DNA of 63,728 bases, counting the filler, from Chiloscyllium plagiosum (taxonomy: Eukaryota): NCBI RefSeq assembly GCF_004010195.1. It is 6 parts of one record of this genome, joined end to end, with 100 filler letters (N's around TTAATTAATTAA, not from the genome) between each part and the next. Parts side by side here need not be neighbours in the genome. Positions count along the whole stretch, not along the records: positions 10,496 to 31,361 come from NC_057711.1; 5 more parts are not named here. One strand, 5' to 3'. Shown here in pieces: positions 13,290 to 26,340 of this stretch. The translations under genes were made by a program, and so were the position numbers. The notes under the pieces are model-generated. The model was not told where the DNA came from. It saw nothing but the letters and a program-made list of their open reading frames with translations, and did no database searches. Positions within the stretch are counted from its first letter, which is position 1. Each line of letters starts with the position of its first letter.

Positions 13290-14292
13290 AAAGGAATACA
13301 TAGATAAGCTGCAGAGCTGGACTGAGAGGTGGCAAATGGAGTTTAATGCGGAGAAGTGTGAGGTGATTCACTTTGGTCGGAGTAACTGGAATGCAAAGTG
13401 CTAATGGTAAGATTCTTGGTAGTGTAGATGAGCAGAGAGATCTCGGTGTCCAGGTACACAGATCCTTGAAAGTTGCCACCCAGGTTGACAGGATTGTTAA
13501 GAAGGCATANNNNNNNNNNNNNNNNNNNNNNNNNNNNNNNNNNNNNNNNNNNNNNNNNNNNNNNNNNNNGCTAATGGTAAGATTCTTGGTAGTGTAGATG
13601 AGAGAGAGATCTCGGTGTCCAGATACACAGATCCTTGAAAGTTGCCACCCAGGTTGACAGGATTGTTAAGAAGGCATATAGTGTTTTAGCTTTTATGAAT
13701 AGAGGGATTGAGTTCCGGAACCATGAGGTTATGCTACAGCTGTATAAAACTCTGGTACAGCCACACTTGGAGTATTGTGTACAGTTCTGGTCACCACGTT
13801 ATAAGAAGGATGTGGAAGCTTTGGAAAGGGTGCAGAGGAGATTTATTAGGATTTGCCTGGTATGGAGGGAAGGTCTTACGAGGAAAGGCTGAGGGACTTG
13901 AGGCTATTTTCGTTGGAGCGAAGAAGGTTGAGAGGTGACTTAATAGAGTCATATAAGATAATCAGAGGGTTAGATAGGGTGGACAGGGAGAGCCTTTTTC
14001 CAAGAATGGTGATGGCGAGCATGAGGGGGCATAACTTTAAATTGAGGGGCGATAGATACAGGACAGGTGTCAGAGGTAGTTTCTTTACTCAGAGTGTAGT
14101 AATGGTGTGGAATGCTTTGCCTGCAACGGTAGTAGATTCACCAACTTTAAGTACATTTAAGTCGTCATTGGACAGGCATATGGACATACATGGAATAGTG
14201 TAGGTTAGATGGGCTTCAGATTGGTATGACTGGTCGGCGCAACATCGAGAGCCGAAGGGCCTGTACTGCGCTGTATTGTTCTATGTTCTATA
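13290..14292 (+). mobile_element. 5'-truncated CR1 LINE spanning a gap
   Basis: LYKTLVQPHLEYCVQFWSP and RRRLRGDLIE..KIIRG motifs; tail ttctatgttctat. Confidence 0.92.
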
Positions 14293-14644
14293 ATAAAAGT
14301 CGCTGCTTAGAAAAATAGGGAATAGGAGTAGACATAAACCATTTGGTCTATTGCGCCTGAACTAGCATTCAATATAATCATGGCCGATCATCCAAATCAT
14401 TACGCTGTTCTCCCCATACCAAGGAAGAGAAGCCTCGATTAGCTAAGATCCCAGTGTGTCTAATCAGAATGGGCCATATGCCAGGGCCATACTTGTGAGA
14501 TAGCACTGCGGTGCTGAGGTCCTGTACGAGTGCACTCATTGCTCCATCTGGTAGTGCCATTCACAACAACTGGAACCTGGCAAAAAACCTGAACTGAATT
14601 ACAACCAAAAAATGCTGAAATTCCAGTGTGTGTGTTTAGCTACC

Positions 14645-15230
14645 TAGCTAAAAATCACACAACACTAGGTTATCGTCCAACAGTTTATTTGAAAGCACTA
14701 GCTTTCAGACTGTTGCTCCTTCATCAGGTGGTTGGGGAGTATAAGATCATAAGACTTGGAATTTATAGCAAATATATTGAAAAAGACCTGAATTGTTTGT
14801 TAAGTCTCTCATCTGTTAGAAATACCATGTTGGCTTCAGTTCTTTCATATGTAAATCACAAAACGTTTTTAAAGTTACATTCTCAAGAGAACTTTAACAA
14901 TTGGTGTCATGTCAGCCCAGATAATGCATTGAAGGTGTGAGGTGCCCTGTGTGAGGTTGTCAGTGCCACAATGTTCAAACTGATTCTAATCTAAAAAACA
15001 GATTTACAGAATCTTACATGGATTCATGCAGTTTTTGAGCAAAATAAAATGTAATTCAGCAAATACAAATTCACACCACAAACTTAGTTGTGTGATGTGT
15101 GTGTGCTTGTGTGTGCGTATGTATATGTGCATGTATGGGAGGGGGGGGTTCTGAGTATCTGTGAGAGGGTGAGTGTGGGAATGTATGTGTGAGCGTATGA
15201 GAGAGAGCTTGTGTATGAGACAGGGTCTGC
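14645..15230 (-). mobile_element. PLE family C 3' region with hammerhead-like core and TG/GA-rich tract
   Basis: Homologous to 37057-37996 and 43783-43953. The minus strand of 14696-14730 reads cac-CTGATGA-aggagcaacagtct-GAAA-gcta-gtg. Confidence 0.7.
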
Positions 15231-15320
15231 ATGACGTTTAGGGCAAAAGCCTTACATCAGCCCTTCTCCTGCGTCTGCATGACGTTTAGGGCAAAAGCCT
15301 TACATCAGCCCTTCTCCTGC
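15225..15320. repeat. Exact 48-bp tandem duplication
   Basis: gtctgcatgacgtttagggcaaaagccttacatcagcccttctcctgc at 15225-15272 and 15273-15320; followed by a PLE family A pLTR end to about 15408. Confidence 0.95.
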
Positions 15321-15414
15321 TCCTCGGATGCTGCCTGACCTGCTGTGCTTTTCCAGCACCACATTCTCAACTCTAATCTCCAGCATCTGCAGTCCTCACT
15401 TTCGCCTCCTTGAT

Positions 15415-15760
15415 TTCACACTTTATCGAATGCAGCCTTGATATCAAGGGCTGTCACTCTGGCCTCACCTCACCTCTGGAATTCAGTGCTTTTGTCCATG
15501 TTTGAACCAAGGCTGTAATGAGATCAGGACTGAGTGGCTCTGGCGGAACCCATACTGGCTGTTACTGTGCAGGTTATTGCTGAGCAGATGCTGCTTGATA
15601 GCATTGTTGATGACATCTTCCATAACTTTACTGATGATCAAGAGTAAACTGATGGGGCAGAATTTGGTCAGGTTGGTTTTTTTCCTGCTTTTAGTGTACA
15701 GGACATATCTGGGCAATTTTCCACATTGTCAGGTAGATACCAATGTTGTACCTGTGGCAG
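15415..15760 (-). mobile_element. CR1-clade RT fragment (same family as 1802-3060)
   Basis: PISLLLIISKVMEDVINNAIKQHLLSNNL..SQYGFRQSHS. Confidence 0.8.
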
Positions 15761-17659
15761 CTCATAAAGGCAATTTGCTACATTGTTCTTCAAGGAAATA
15801 AATGTTGGCCTTGCCAGTGATGCTGACATCCTAAGAACAAATAAAACAAGACATGATTTTCATGCAAAGCTCCATTCTGTATTGCTAGCATGCAATAATA
15901 ATTTCAGATTGTAGGCATAACACATTTATTTTATTTCAAATACATTAGAAAAATAGTGTAAGTGACAGACATTTCATAGAAAGTGCTCCAAAGTCTTACA
16001 TCACACATTTTCATATCATGTTACTTTGTACAGAGGAAGGATTTTAATTTGATCAAATCACAGCTTACAAATTAAACAGCCAAAGTACAAGCTTATTAAA
16101 AAATAAAACCAGGATATGTCTATGGCTAATTTATTTTATTGCTCATATTTATAAAGTAACCCCCAAAACCTAATAAGAAACAATCAATCCAGTTCCAGTG
16201 CAGCTGACACAACTATCAAATCTCCACCTTATGTAATCAGAATAAATTCCCAACTGCCTTGCAGCTAATTAAAACTGCAATGTTAATGAAACAGGGGATT
16301 CAAACATAAAGCGAGTCTCCCACGGATTTCTCCTATCAGAGCATTCACCAATTATACAAAAAGTGATGAACCATTGCCTTCTCAAAAGACTTGCACTCCA
16401 TCAACAGAACATGACTTGGAATTATCAGTATGTTAATACAATTGTGTTGAAAAGACCACAGTGTTCTGTCAGGGCATTCCTTTATGTAATTTTCCAGAAT
16501 CCCATCTTGAAGGCCACTGGTGGCTTTATTTCAGTTCCTAATTTCTTCCCCTTTTATTCCATTTTCCATTCAATTGGTTCTCTGGGAAAATAATCTAAAT
16601 TACATAAAATGCCCCAAGATTCTTTGATATGGATTTTTTAAAGCAGCTCTTCAAGATCAATGTTGCCTTTTATTCCAGATTAATTAGTTAAGTTATGAAT
16701 CACTTCAAACAGTTGCATCAATCTAATTGCCTCAACATATGAAAATTATCGGGATCCACATGTTATTCTGAGAAAGATCCACAACTCCTTGGAAGAGGAT
16801 TTAAACCCTACCCGAGCCCAGAAAATATATACAAATAAGTAGCTAAAATTCTATGAACTGCTTAACCTCAATAGAGATGTTTGCTCGATTTGTTGAGGTG
16901 GGATTATAAAACTCCATCCTAAGCCTGTGGGATCTAAATCAAATGGGTTAATGGGACTTCATGAGGCGATCAGTGGGCCATGAGTGTGATTTTAACATCA
17001 ATCTAAGCAGGAATGCATCCTGTGCCCCTCTAAATTTTTCTTTAGTTTCCTTTGTCTGGCCAAGAAACATATTTTTCATCCTCACCATTATTTCCCAAAT
17101 GGCCAGTGCCCATATCATTCAGAAGCTGGACATTATCTGCCCTGTGGCTCTAAAATGCTGTGACCCTATCCTGAAACATCTTTTCAATCTAAGGTATAGT
17201 GGTCAAATAATGTTGCTTCTCACTATCCAGATTCCGAAACCAAGACGAGATACTGGTGTGAGGTGTCAATTGTTGACTAGCAGCCATGGAATCAGATCAG
17301 AATTTGAATCAGTAATATTGGAAAAATAGAGGAAAATAAACAAAATGCAATCTGGCACAAAGCAGCGACTACATTACAGATAACATTCTCAGAGCAGTGT
17401 TAGAATTTGCCAGGTTGATTTATTCTGCCAACCCATGTTGCTACAGTTCATGGCAACAAGGCACCGCAGATATATGTGTACATAACCAAGTCGAGCCTCA
17501 CATCAGCTTCTGAATGCCTGTAAAACCTTAAATCAATTGGAACAAATGTTCTCAGTCATATTCATGCAAAGCCAAAATTCACAAACATTTTCTTAATTTG
17601 ACTATGCATCAGTTTTAATTGCTACGTCATTCAAATCCCTTGTTCTGCTCTATGTTAAC

Positions 17660-17790
17660 TTGTCAAGAGCGTGGGGCTGGAAAAGAACAGCTGGTCAGGC
17701 AGCATCCGAGGAGCAGGAGAATCAACATTTTGGGCATAAACCCTTCATCGACTCTGATCTCCAGCATCTGCAGTCCTCACTTTTTTCTAT
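17660..17790. mobile_element. Short PLE family A insertion (inverted pLTR pieces)
   Basis: Minus-strand pLTR piece ending at cccttcatc, followed directly by the plus-strand end gactctgatctccagcatctgcagtcctcacttt. Confidence 0.75.
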
Positions 17791-19520
17791 TTTAATTCAT
17801 CTCAGCCCCTCTGAGAATTCCATGTTCCTAATATTCTACTATCGGGAGTCCCACATGGTGTGTTGCCTGCCCGGTGCCAGGGTGCAGGACATCTTTGACA
17901 GGCTTGACCGGATATTGGAGCGAGCGGGAGAGGATCCATTTGTTGTGGCCCATGTTGGGATTAACGACATAGGCAAGACTAGGATGGAGGACCTGTTTGG
18001 GGATTATCGAGCATTAGGAACAAAATTAAGGAACAGGTCCTCAAGGGTCATAATCTCTGGATTACTGCCTGAGCAGTGTGCAAATTGGTTTAGGGATAAG
18101 AAAATTAGGGAAGTAAACATGTAGCTAAGGGAGCGGTATGGGAAAGAAGGATTCCGTTTTATGGGGCACTGGCATCGCTTTTGAAATTGGGGGGTTCTGT
18201 ACCGATGGGATGGTCTCTACCTGAACCAATCTGGAACCAGTGTTCTAATGAAAAGGATAAATAGGGTGGTCACTAGGACTTTAAACTAGTGAGTCGGGGG
18301 AAGGAAAGGGAAAACGACAGGGAGTATGATGGTAAATAAAAAGGTAAGCAGCAGGTTAGCATGTGTGCAGAAGGGTTTAACTTCAAGACAGACTATGAAA
18401 GGGGCAAAATGGAAGGATGACTCAGGAGATATTATTAGACATGTTGGAAATCATAAGGATAAGGAAGTTAGCATAAAGGCACTTTACCTGAATGTTCATG
18501 ATATTGGTAACAAGGTTGATGAGTTAATAGCACAAATCATTGCGAATGAATATGATCTGGTAGCCATTATGGAGACATGGTTACAGGATGGTCACAACTG
18601 GGAGTTAAACTGGAAGGACAGACTGGAAGGTAAGGGAGGTGGTGTAGCTCTGATATGCAAGGATGACATCAGGGTGGTCCTGAGAGATGATATAGATTCT
18701 ATGGAGAATAAAGTTGAATCCATTTGGGTAGAAATTAGAAATTCTAAAAGGAAGAAGTCACTACTAGATGTATTCTATAGGCTACCAAATAGTAACATCA
18801 TATTGGGGCAGGCAATAATCAAAGAAATAACTAATGCCTATAAAAATGGTATGGCAATTATCATGGGGGATTTTAATCTACATATAGTTTGGTGGAACCA
18901 TCTCAGTCAAGGTAGCTTTGAGGAGGAGTTTGTTGAGTGTATCTGCGATAGTTTTCTTGAACAAGGGGAGCAGACAGGGGAGCAAGCTATCCTAGATCTG
19001 GGCCTGTGTAATGAGACAGGAATAATTAATTACCTCATAGCTAGGGATCCTCTTGGAAGGAGTGATCACAGTATGGTCGAATTTAGAATACAAATGGAGA
19101 GTTTGAAGATAAAGTTTAAGAGTAGGATCCTGTGCTTAAACAGGGGAGACTACAATAGGCTGAGGGAGTACTTGGCCAAAGTAAACTGGAAAATGCGATT
19201 TTGTGGTGGGACAGCTGATGAGCAGTGGAGCACTTTTAAAGCAATTTTTCAAAATGCTCAGCAAAAGTATACTCCAGTGAAAAGGAAGGACTGTAAGAAA
19301 AAGGGTAATCTGCCACGAGTGTCTGAGGAAATAAGAGAGGCTATCAAATTGAAAGAGAAGGCATACAAAGTGGCCAAACATAGCATGAAACTAGAAGATT
19401 GGGAAGACTTTAAAGGTCAACAGAAAGCCACAAGAAGAGCTATAAAGAAAAGTAACATAGAACATGAGAAAAACCTAGCACAGAATATAAAGACAGACAA
19501 CTAAACTTTCTATAAATATA

Positions 19521-21975
19521 TAGAACATAGAACAATACAGCACAAAACAAGCCCTTCAGCCCTCAATGTTGTGCCAACCTGTGAACTAATCTAAGCCCAT
19601 CCCCTATACAATCCCATCATTATCGATATGCTTATCCAAGGACTCTCTAAATGTCCCTAATGTGGCTAAGTTAACTACTTTGGCAGGCAAGGCATTCCAC
19701 ACCCTTACCACTCTATGAGTAAAGAGCCTGCCTTTGATATCTGTCTTAAATCTATCACCCCTCAATTTGCAACTATGCCCCCTTGTACAAGCCAACGTCA
19801 TCCTAGGAAAAAGACTCTTACTGTCTACCCTATCTAAGCCTCTGACCATCCTGTATGTCTCTATTAAATACTCTCTAAGCCTTGTTCTTTCCAATGAGAA
19901 CAGACCCAAGTCCCTAAGCCTTTCCTCACAAGACCTTCCCTCCAGACCAGGCAACATCCTGGTAAATCTCTTCTGCACCTTTTCCAATGCTTCCACATCC
20001 TTCCTGTAATGGGGCAACCAGAACTATACACAATATTCCAAGTGAGGCCGCACTAGTGTTTTATACAGTTGCAGCATGACATCATGGCTCCAAAACTCAA
20101 TCCCTCTACCAATAAAACCTAATACACCGTATGTCTTCTTAACAGCACTATCAACCTGAGTGGCAACTTTCAGGAATCTTTGTACATGGACACCAAGATC
20201 CCTCTGCACATCCACACTACCAAGAATCTTTCCATTGACCCAGTATTCTGCCTTCCTGCTATTCTTCCCAAAATGAATCACCTCACATTTAGCTGCATTG
20301 ACCTCCATTTGCCACCTCTCAACCCAATTCTGTAGTTTATCCAAATCTCCCTACAACTTACAACATTCTTCCTCACTGTCCATCACTCTACCGACTTTAG
20401 CGTCATCTGCAAACTTATTAACCCATCCACCTATGCCTGTGTCTAAGTCATTTATAAAAATGACAAAAAGAAGTAGTCCCAAAACAGATGTTTGTGGCAG
20501 GCCTTTAGTAACCGGACTCCAGCCTGAATATTTTCCAACAACCAACACTCATTGCCTTCTTACAGAAAGCTGGTTTATAATCCAAACTGCTAAATCACCC
20601 TCAATCCCATGCCTCTGCATTTTCTCCAAAAGCCTATCATGTCGAACCTTATCAAGGGCTTTACTGACGTCCAAACACACCACATCAGCTGTCTGACCCT
20701 CATCCACATGCTTGGTCACCTACTCAAAAAACTCAATGAGGTTTGTGAGACACAACCTGCCCTTGACGAAACCATGTTTACTATCTCCAATCACCTTGTT
20801 GCTTGCTAGATGATTATAAATCCTATCTCTTATAATTCTTTCCAAAACTTTTCCTACAACAGACGTAAGGCTCACTGGTCTGTAATTAACTGATCATCTC
20901 TACAGCCCTTCTTGAACAATGGCACAACATTTGCAATCCTCTAGTCATCTGGTACTAAACCTGTAGACAATGATGACTCAATGACCAAAGGCTCCACCAT
21001 CTCCTCCCTAGCTTCCCAGAGAATCCTCGGATAAATCTGATCGGGTCCAGGGGACCAATCGACTTTCACTCCTTCTAGAATTGATAACACCTCTTCCTTA
21101 CTAACCTCAATCTTTTCTAATCTAATAGCCCGTATCTCAGTCTTCTTCTCTACAATATTCTCATTTTCCTGAGAGAAAACAGAAGAGAAATATTCATTTA
21201 GTACCTCTCCAATCTCCACTGAGTCCACACACAACTTCCCACTTCTGTCTTTGGCCTTATTCCTACCCTAGTCATTCTTTTATTCCTCACATACCTATAG
21301 AAAGCTTCAGGGTTCTCCTTTATTCTACCTTCTAAAGACTGCTTATGTCCCCTCCTTGCTCTTCTTAGCTCTCTCTTTAAATTCTTCCTAGTTAATGTGT
21401 AACTCTCCATCCCCTCATCTGAATCATCTCGTCTCAATGTCACATAAATCTCGCTCTTCCGCTTAACAAGAGACATGATTTCTTTAGTAAACCATGGTTC
21501 CCTTACCTGATCACTTCCTCCCTGCCTGACAGGGGCATACCTATCAAGGACAGCAATATCTGATACTTAAATCAGCTCTACATTTTGATTGTCCCCATCC
21601 CCTGCATTTTGTTACCCCATTCTATGCCTCCTAATTCTTGCCTGATTGCATTATAATTGTCCTTCCTCCATCTATAACTCTTGTCCTGTGGCACACACCT
21701 ATCCCTTTCCATTGCTAAACTAAATGTAACTGAATTATGGTCACTCTGTCCAAAGGGTTCACCTACCACTAAATCAAACACCTGGCCTGGTTCATTACCA
21801 AGTACCAGATCTAGTGTGCCCCCCCCGCCCCTCTTGTCAGCCCTTCAACATACTATGTCAGGAAACCCTTCTGCACACATTAGACAAAAACTGATCTATC
21901 TGACATATGAGACTTATAGCATTTCCAGTCAATGTTGGGGAAGTTAAAGGTCCCCATAATGACCACCCTTTTCCT
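19521..21975 (-). mobile_element. CR1 LINE inserted antisense into the older CR1
   Basis: (CATAGAA)n tail at 19521, RT and EN ORF fragments on the minus strand. The host sequence breaks at tataaatata and resumes at tatataaaatg; likely TATA(TA) TSD. Confidence 0.92.
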
Positions 21976-23744
21976 TTCTATATAAAATGAAAAAGAGTGG
22001 CTAAAGTAAATGTTGGTCCTTTAGAGGATGAGAAGAGGCATTTAGTTATGGGATATGATGAAATGGCCGAGGCATTGAACAGGTATTTTGTATCGGTGTC
22101 CACAGTGGAGGACACTAATAACATGTCAGTAAGTGACAAAGAGATGAAGGTCGGTGAGGACTTGGAAGCAATCATTATTACAGAAGAGATAGTGTTTAGC
22201 AATCTAATGGAGCTAAAGAAAGATATGTCTCCTGGCCTTGATGGAATGCATCCCAGGGTACTAAAGGAGATGGCAGGAGAAATAGCAAGTGCACTGGCAG
22301 TAATTTTCTCAAAATTTGCTAGATTCTGGGGCAGCCCCAGCAGATTGGAAAACAGCAAATGTGACGCCACTGTTTAAAAAGGGAGGTAGACAAAGGGTGG
22401 GGAATTATAGACTAGTTAGCTTGATCTCTGCAGTGGGGAAGATTCTTGAGTCTATCACCAAGGAAGAAATAGCAAGGCATCTCGATAGAAATTGTCCCAT
22501 TGGGCAGACGCAGCATGAGTTCATGAAGGGCAAGTTGTGCTTAACAAATCTTTTGGAATTCTATAAAGACATTACGAGCACAGTAGGCAACAGGGACCTA
22601 GTGGATGTGGTATTCCTAGATTTCCAAAAGGCCTTTGACAAGGTGCCGCACAGAGGCTCCTGCATAAGATAAGGATGCACAGCATTATGGGCAGAATATT
22701 AGCATGGATAGAGGATTGATTGACTAACAGGAAGCAAAGAGTGGAGATAAATGAGTGTTATTCTGGCTTGCAATCAGTGACTAGCAGTGTGCCTCAGGGA
22801 ACGGTGTTGGGACTGAAATTATTAACAATTTATATAGATGATTTGGAGTTGGGGATCACCTGTATGGTGTCAAAGTTTGTAGATGACACTCTGAGATGTG
22901 TGGCAGAGCAAAGTGTGTAGAGGACAGTGAAACTTTGCAGAGGAACTTAGATACATTGAGTGAGTGGGCAAAGGTCTGTCATATGGAATACAGTGTTAAT
23001 AAATGTGAAATTATACATTTTGGTAGGAGTAATAGTAAAAAGGGTTATTACTTGAATGGTAAAACATTACAGCATGCTGCTATGCAGAGGGTCCTGGGTG
23101 TCCTTATGCATGAATCACAGAGGTTAGGTCTGCAGGTACAAAAGGTAATGAGGAAGGCAAATGGAATTTTGTCCTTCATTGCTGAAGGGGTTGAGTTTAA
23201 AAGCAGGGAGGTTGTGTTGCAGCTGTACAGGATGCTGATAAGGCCACACCTGGAGAAATGTGTGCAGTTTTGGTCTCCTTACTTGAGAAATGATGTACTG
23301 GTACAAGAAGAGGTGCAGAGGAGGTTCAGTAGGCTGATTCCGGAGTTGAGGGGGTTGGCTTATGAGGAGAGGCTGAGTAGTCTGGGATTATATTCATTGG
23401 AATTCAGAAGAATGAGGGGGCATCTTACAGAAGCATATAAAATTAGGAAGGGAGTAGATAAGATAGAAATAGAGAGAACGTTTCCACTGGCAGGTGACGC
23501 TAGGACAAGAGGGCATAGCCTCAAGATTAGAGGGAGCAGATTTAGGACTGAATTGAGAAGGAACTTCTTCACTCAGCGGGTTGTTAATCCATGGAATTGC
23601 TTGCCCGGTGAAGTATTTGACACTACTTCAGTAAACATTTTTAAAGCTAAAATAGGTTTTTTTGAACAACAAAGGAATTAAGGATTCCGGTGAGAACACA
23701 GGTAAGTGGATCTGAGACCATGAAAATATCAGCCATGATCTTTT

Positions 23745-24025
23745 AAATTAGATTCCCTACAGCATGGAAACAGGCCCTTTGGCCCAACAAGTGCACCTGC
23801 TGAAGAGTAACCCACCCAGATCCATTCCCCTACTCCCTACTAATGCACCTATCACAATGGGCAATTTAGCATGGCCAATTCACCTGACCTGCATATCTTT
23901 AGATTGTGGGAGGAAACTGGAGCAAACCCACGCAGACACAGAGTTTGTGCAAACTCCACACAGATAGTTGCCTGAGGCTGGAATTGAAGCTGGGTCTCTG
24001 GCGCTGCGAGGCACTGTGCTGGCCA
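23745..24025 (-). mobile_element. HE1-like tRNA-derived V-SINE
   Basis: Minus strand has a tRNA-like head, V-domain gtgtggagtttgcac...tcctcccacaatctaaagat...gctaaattgccc, and a CR1-like 3' tail. Confidence 0.8.
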
Positions 24026-24114
24026 TAGGCTGATTCTGGAGTTGAGGGGGTTGAATGGTGGAGCAGGCTCGAAGGGGTGGACAGCCTACTCCTGCTTATT
24101 TCTTATGTTCTCAT

Positions 24115-24375
24115 TCTAGCCTCTGTGCATCTGATATTATACTTGATACAGCATTGATGGCTATGCCTCTAGTTAATAAAGCTCTGAAAGCTCTGAAATT
24201 CTCTTCCTAAATGTCTCTCTTACATTGTCTCCTTGTTTATGGTGCATCTAGTAACCTGACCTGACATAACGTCCCTTCTGTGCGACTTGATGTTAACAGT
24301 CTTCGATATCACTTCTGTGACACTCGAAGGGATATTCTACATTAAAGTGTTGCATAAATGTAAGCTTTTGTTGTG
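24115..24375 (+). mobile_element. Old L2-type LINE 3' end
   Basis: Ends ...ctgtgacactcgaagggatattctacattaaagtgttgcataaatgtaagcttttgttgt, resembling the L2 3' tail. Confidence 0.5.
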
Positions 24376-25659
24376 ATGGTGCAATGGTTTGAGAGGCAAG
24401 ATTTCCATCCATCCTTATGAATATCTGCAGCCAAGATTGTCAGCATAGCTGGTAAAATATCCCAATGGTTATATATTGATGTGCATCTGAATCAACTTCA
24501 TATCAACACAAAAGCAGAGCTATAATCAGCCTGTGAACTATCTGCTCATCAAGTGTCACTGTGTAACCATGTTCTAAGTCCTTAATTGGTTTTATTTTTA
24601 TGTAAATAACACATTTAAGTCTATTGATGTGCCTTCTGCAGTTCTCTGAATCTTAATTAAAATTTGCAAATTTGTTCATTTATTGATCTATAGTAGTCCA
24701 GAATTTCTACCAGCTGTCAACAAAATGTCTTTTTGATATTGTGCCAACAATGACAGAAAGCTCTTTGTATATATTTTCACTAACATATATAACTCAGCTA
24801 GATGGAATACAGGCTGCATTTGGAATTATTTTCTAGCTTTCAATTTCCTATCAGCTATAGGCACTCTGTATTCACGTTGCCCATGGTATCTCAAGGATTC
24901 TAGAGAATATTTCAAAAATCTCAGTTTTTGCAGTTTTATGAAACTACCAAAAGATTTCCAAGTAAGTATATAATACTTGTGGATTGACTAGCACAATGGT
25001 ACCAAGTAAACTAGTGCCTATATGGAGATGCATCTGGGTTTAAGCAGTTTACTGGAGTCCAGTTTAGGAATATAAAAATGTGTTTAATTACTGTTTTGTA
25101 ATCTTACTGTCAGAGCTGTTAAAAGCTTGAGTAATGGATCTCATTTGCCTCTGTAATGAACTAATTTCAAATAAATTTTAATAACATTAAATAACTTGTC
25201 ACTGATTGGTCTGCATTAGCAGCAGTGCAAAGCTATGAACTGATTGGAAAATTACACATTTTCAACCTTAGTGCCCATGAACAAAAAAGCAATTGACTCA
25301 AAAATCAACTGATTATGAAATAACACGAAAGATCAATGTGAATTCTGTGGTAAAGATGGAAAGGGAAATAAATGTTTGTTTTTTGTGAAATAACAAAATC
25401 CACAATATACAAACTGATCGTTCAATTCAGCAGTTAGGTCCATCAGAACCACTTGTCCCACTGAGTCCCACATTGACCATTCTGCAAAAATAAATTCATC
25501 CTAAAATCTTTATTTCATTTGTTAATAGACATTTGCATTGATATTCTGGACTCACCCAAAGTGAAACATTTCTCCAAACATACCTTATAGAATCCTTTTA
25601 TACTTTTGAAGAACTCCATCAGGTCATCTGTTTGACAATAAAAAAATAGGAAAAAGGTG

Positions 25660-26340
25660 GGTCACCAGTCTGAGTGACACTATGCAGTAGGTTCTGCCCA
25701 CAAAAAAAACTTTGAGCTTCCAGTTGCCTACCACTTCAACACACCACCTTGTTCCCTAGCCAACATCTCTATCTCTCCATTCTGAGGAAGGGTCACTGGA
25801 CTCGAAACATTAACTCTGATTTCTGTTCACAGATGCTGCCAGACATGCTGAGCTTTTTCAGCAACCTCTGTTTTTATCTCTATCTCATGCTTACTGCAGT
25901 GTTCCAATGAAGCCCATTGCACTGGAAGAACAGCACCCCATTTTTTGCTTGGGAGCTCTACACCCTTCTAGATTCAATGCTGAGTTCAATAATTTTAGGG
26001 CTTAAAGTACCTTCTCCCATGTCCTTACCCCAACCCCTACACATTATGTCTTGTTATCACATGACCTGCTATTACACACTGCCCATTGTTAGCCATTAAT
26101 AGTCCATATTAGCAGCTATTCACTCTCCTAAACTGATTGCTATCCACTCCTTTGTCCAACTATTCTCTCTTTCTTAGCTCTATCTCCACCTATCATTTAA
26201 CCCTCACCTCCCCACTCCAGCATAAAAACCCACTTTTTCCCAGCTACCTTCAGTTCTGAAGAAGAATCACTGGACCTGAAATGTTAACTCTGATTTCTCT
26301 CCATACACACTGAGATTTTCCAGGAATTTCTGTTTTTGCT
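25660..26340 (+). mobile_element. PLE family B 3' fragment with two hammerhead-like pLTR ends
   Basis: GIY-YIG end (LPVAYHFN; KLEEQHPIF-like). Cores CTGAGGA-a-gggtc-actg-gactc-GAAAC (25782-25808) and agtt-CTGAAGA...GAAA-tgtt-aact (26252-26289). Confidence 0.75.

Larger units (their letters stand above)
17820..24112 (+). mobile_element. Long CR1 LINE (ORF1 SGNH esterase C-half + ORF2 EN-RT + 3' UTR), disrupted by nested insertions
   Basis: ORF1 VCCLPGARVQDI..RL..IL...GEDPFVVAHVGINDIG...DGLYLN (about 17850-18290); EN LYLNVH..ETWL..GGGVAL..MGDFN..SDH (18470-19500); RT NYRLVSL..LDFQKAFDKVPH..VPQGTVLG..KFVDD (21997-23681); 3' UTR resumes at 24051. Confidence 0.93.

Noticed and set aside
13400..13680. 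About 110-bp direct repeat on both sides of an N gap
   Set aside because: Probably unmerged overlapping contig ends inside a CR1.
16295..16427. AG...GTATGT-bounded open frame (GFKHKASLPRISP...DLELS)
   Set aside because: No polypyrimidine tract, no recognisable homology, and 133 nt would shift the coronin frame.
18326..19504. 392-aa ORF as a host gene
   Set aside because: It is the endonuclease part of a CR1 ORF2 with small deletions, cut by a nested insertion.
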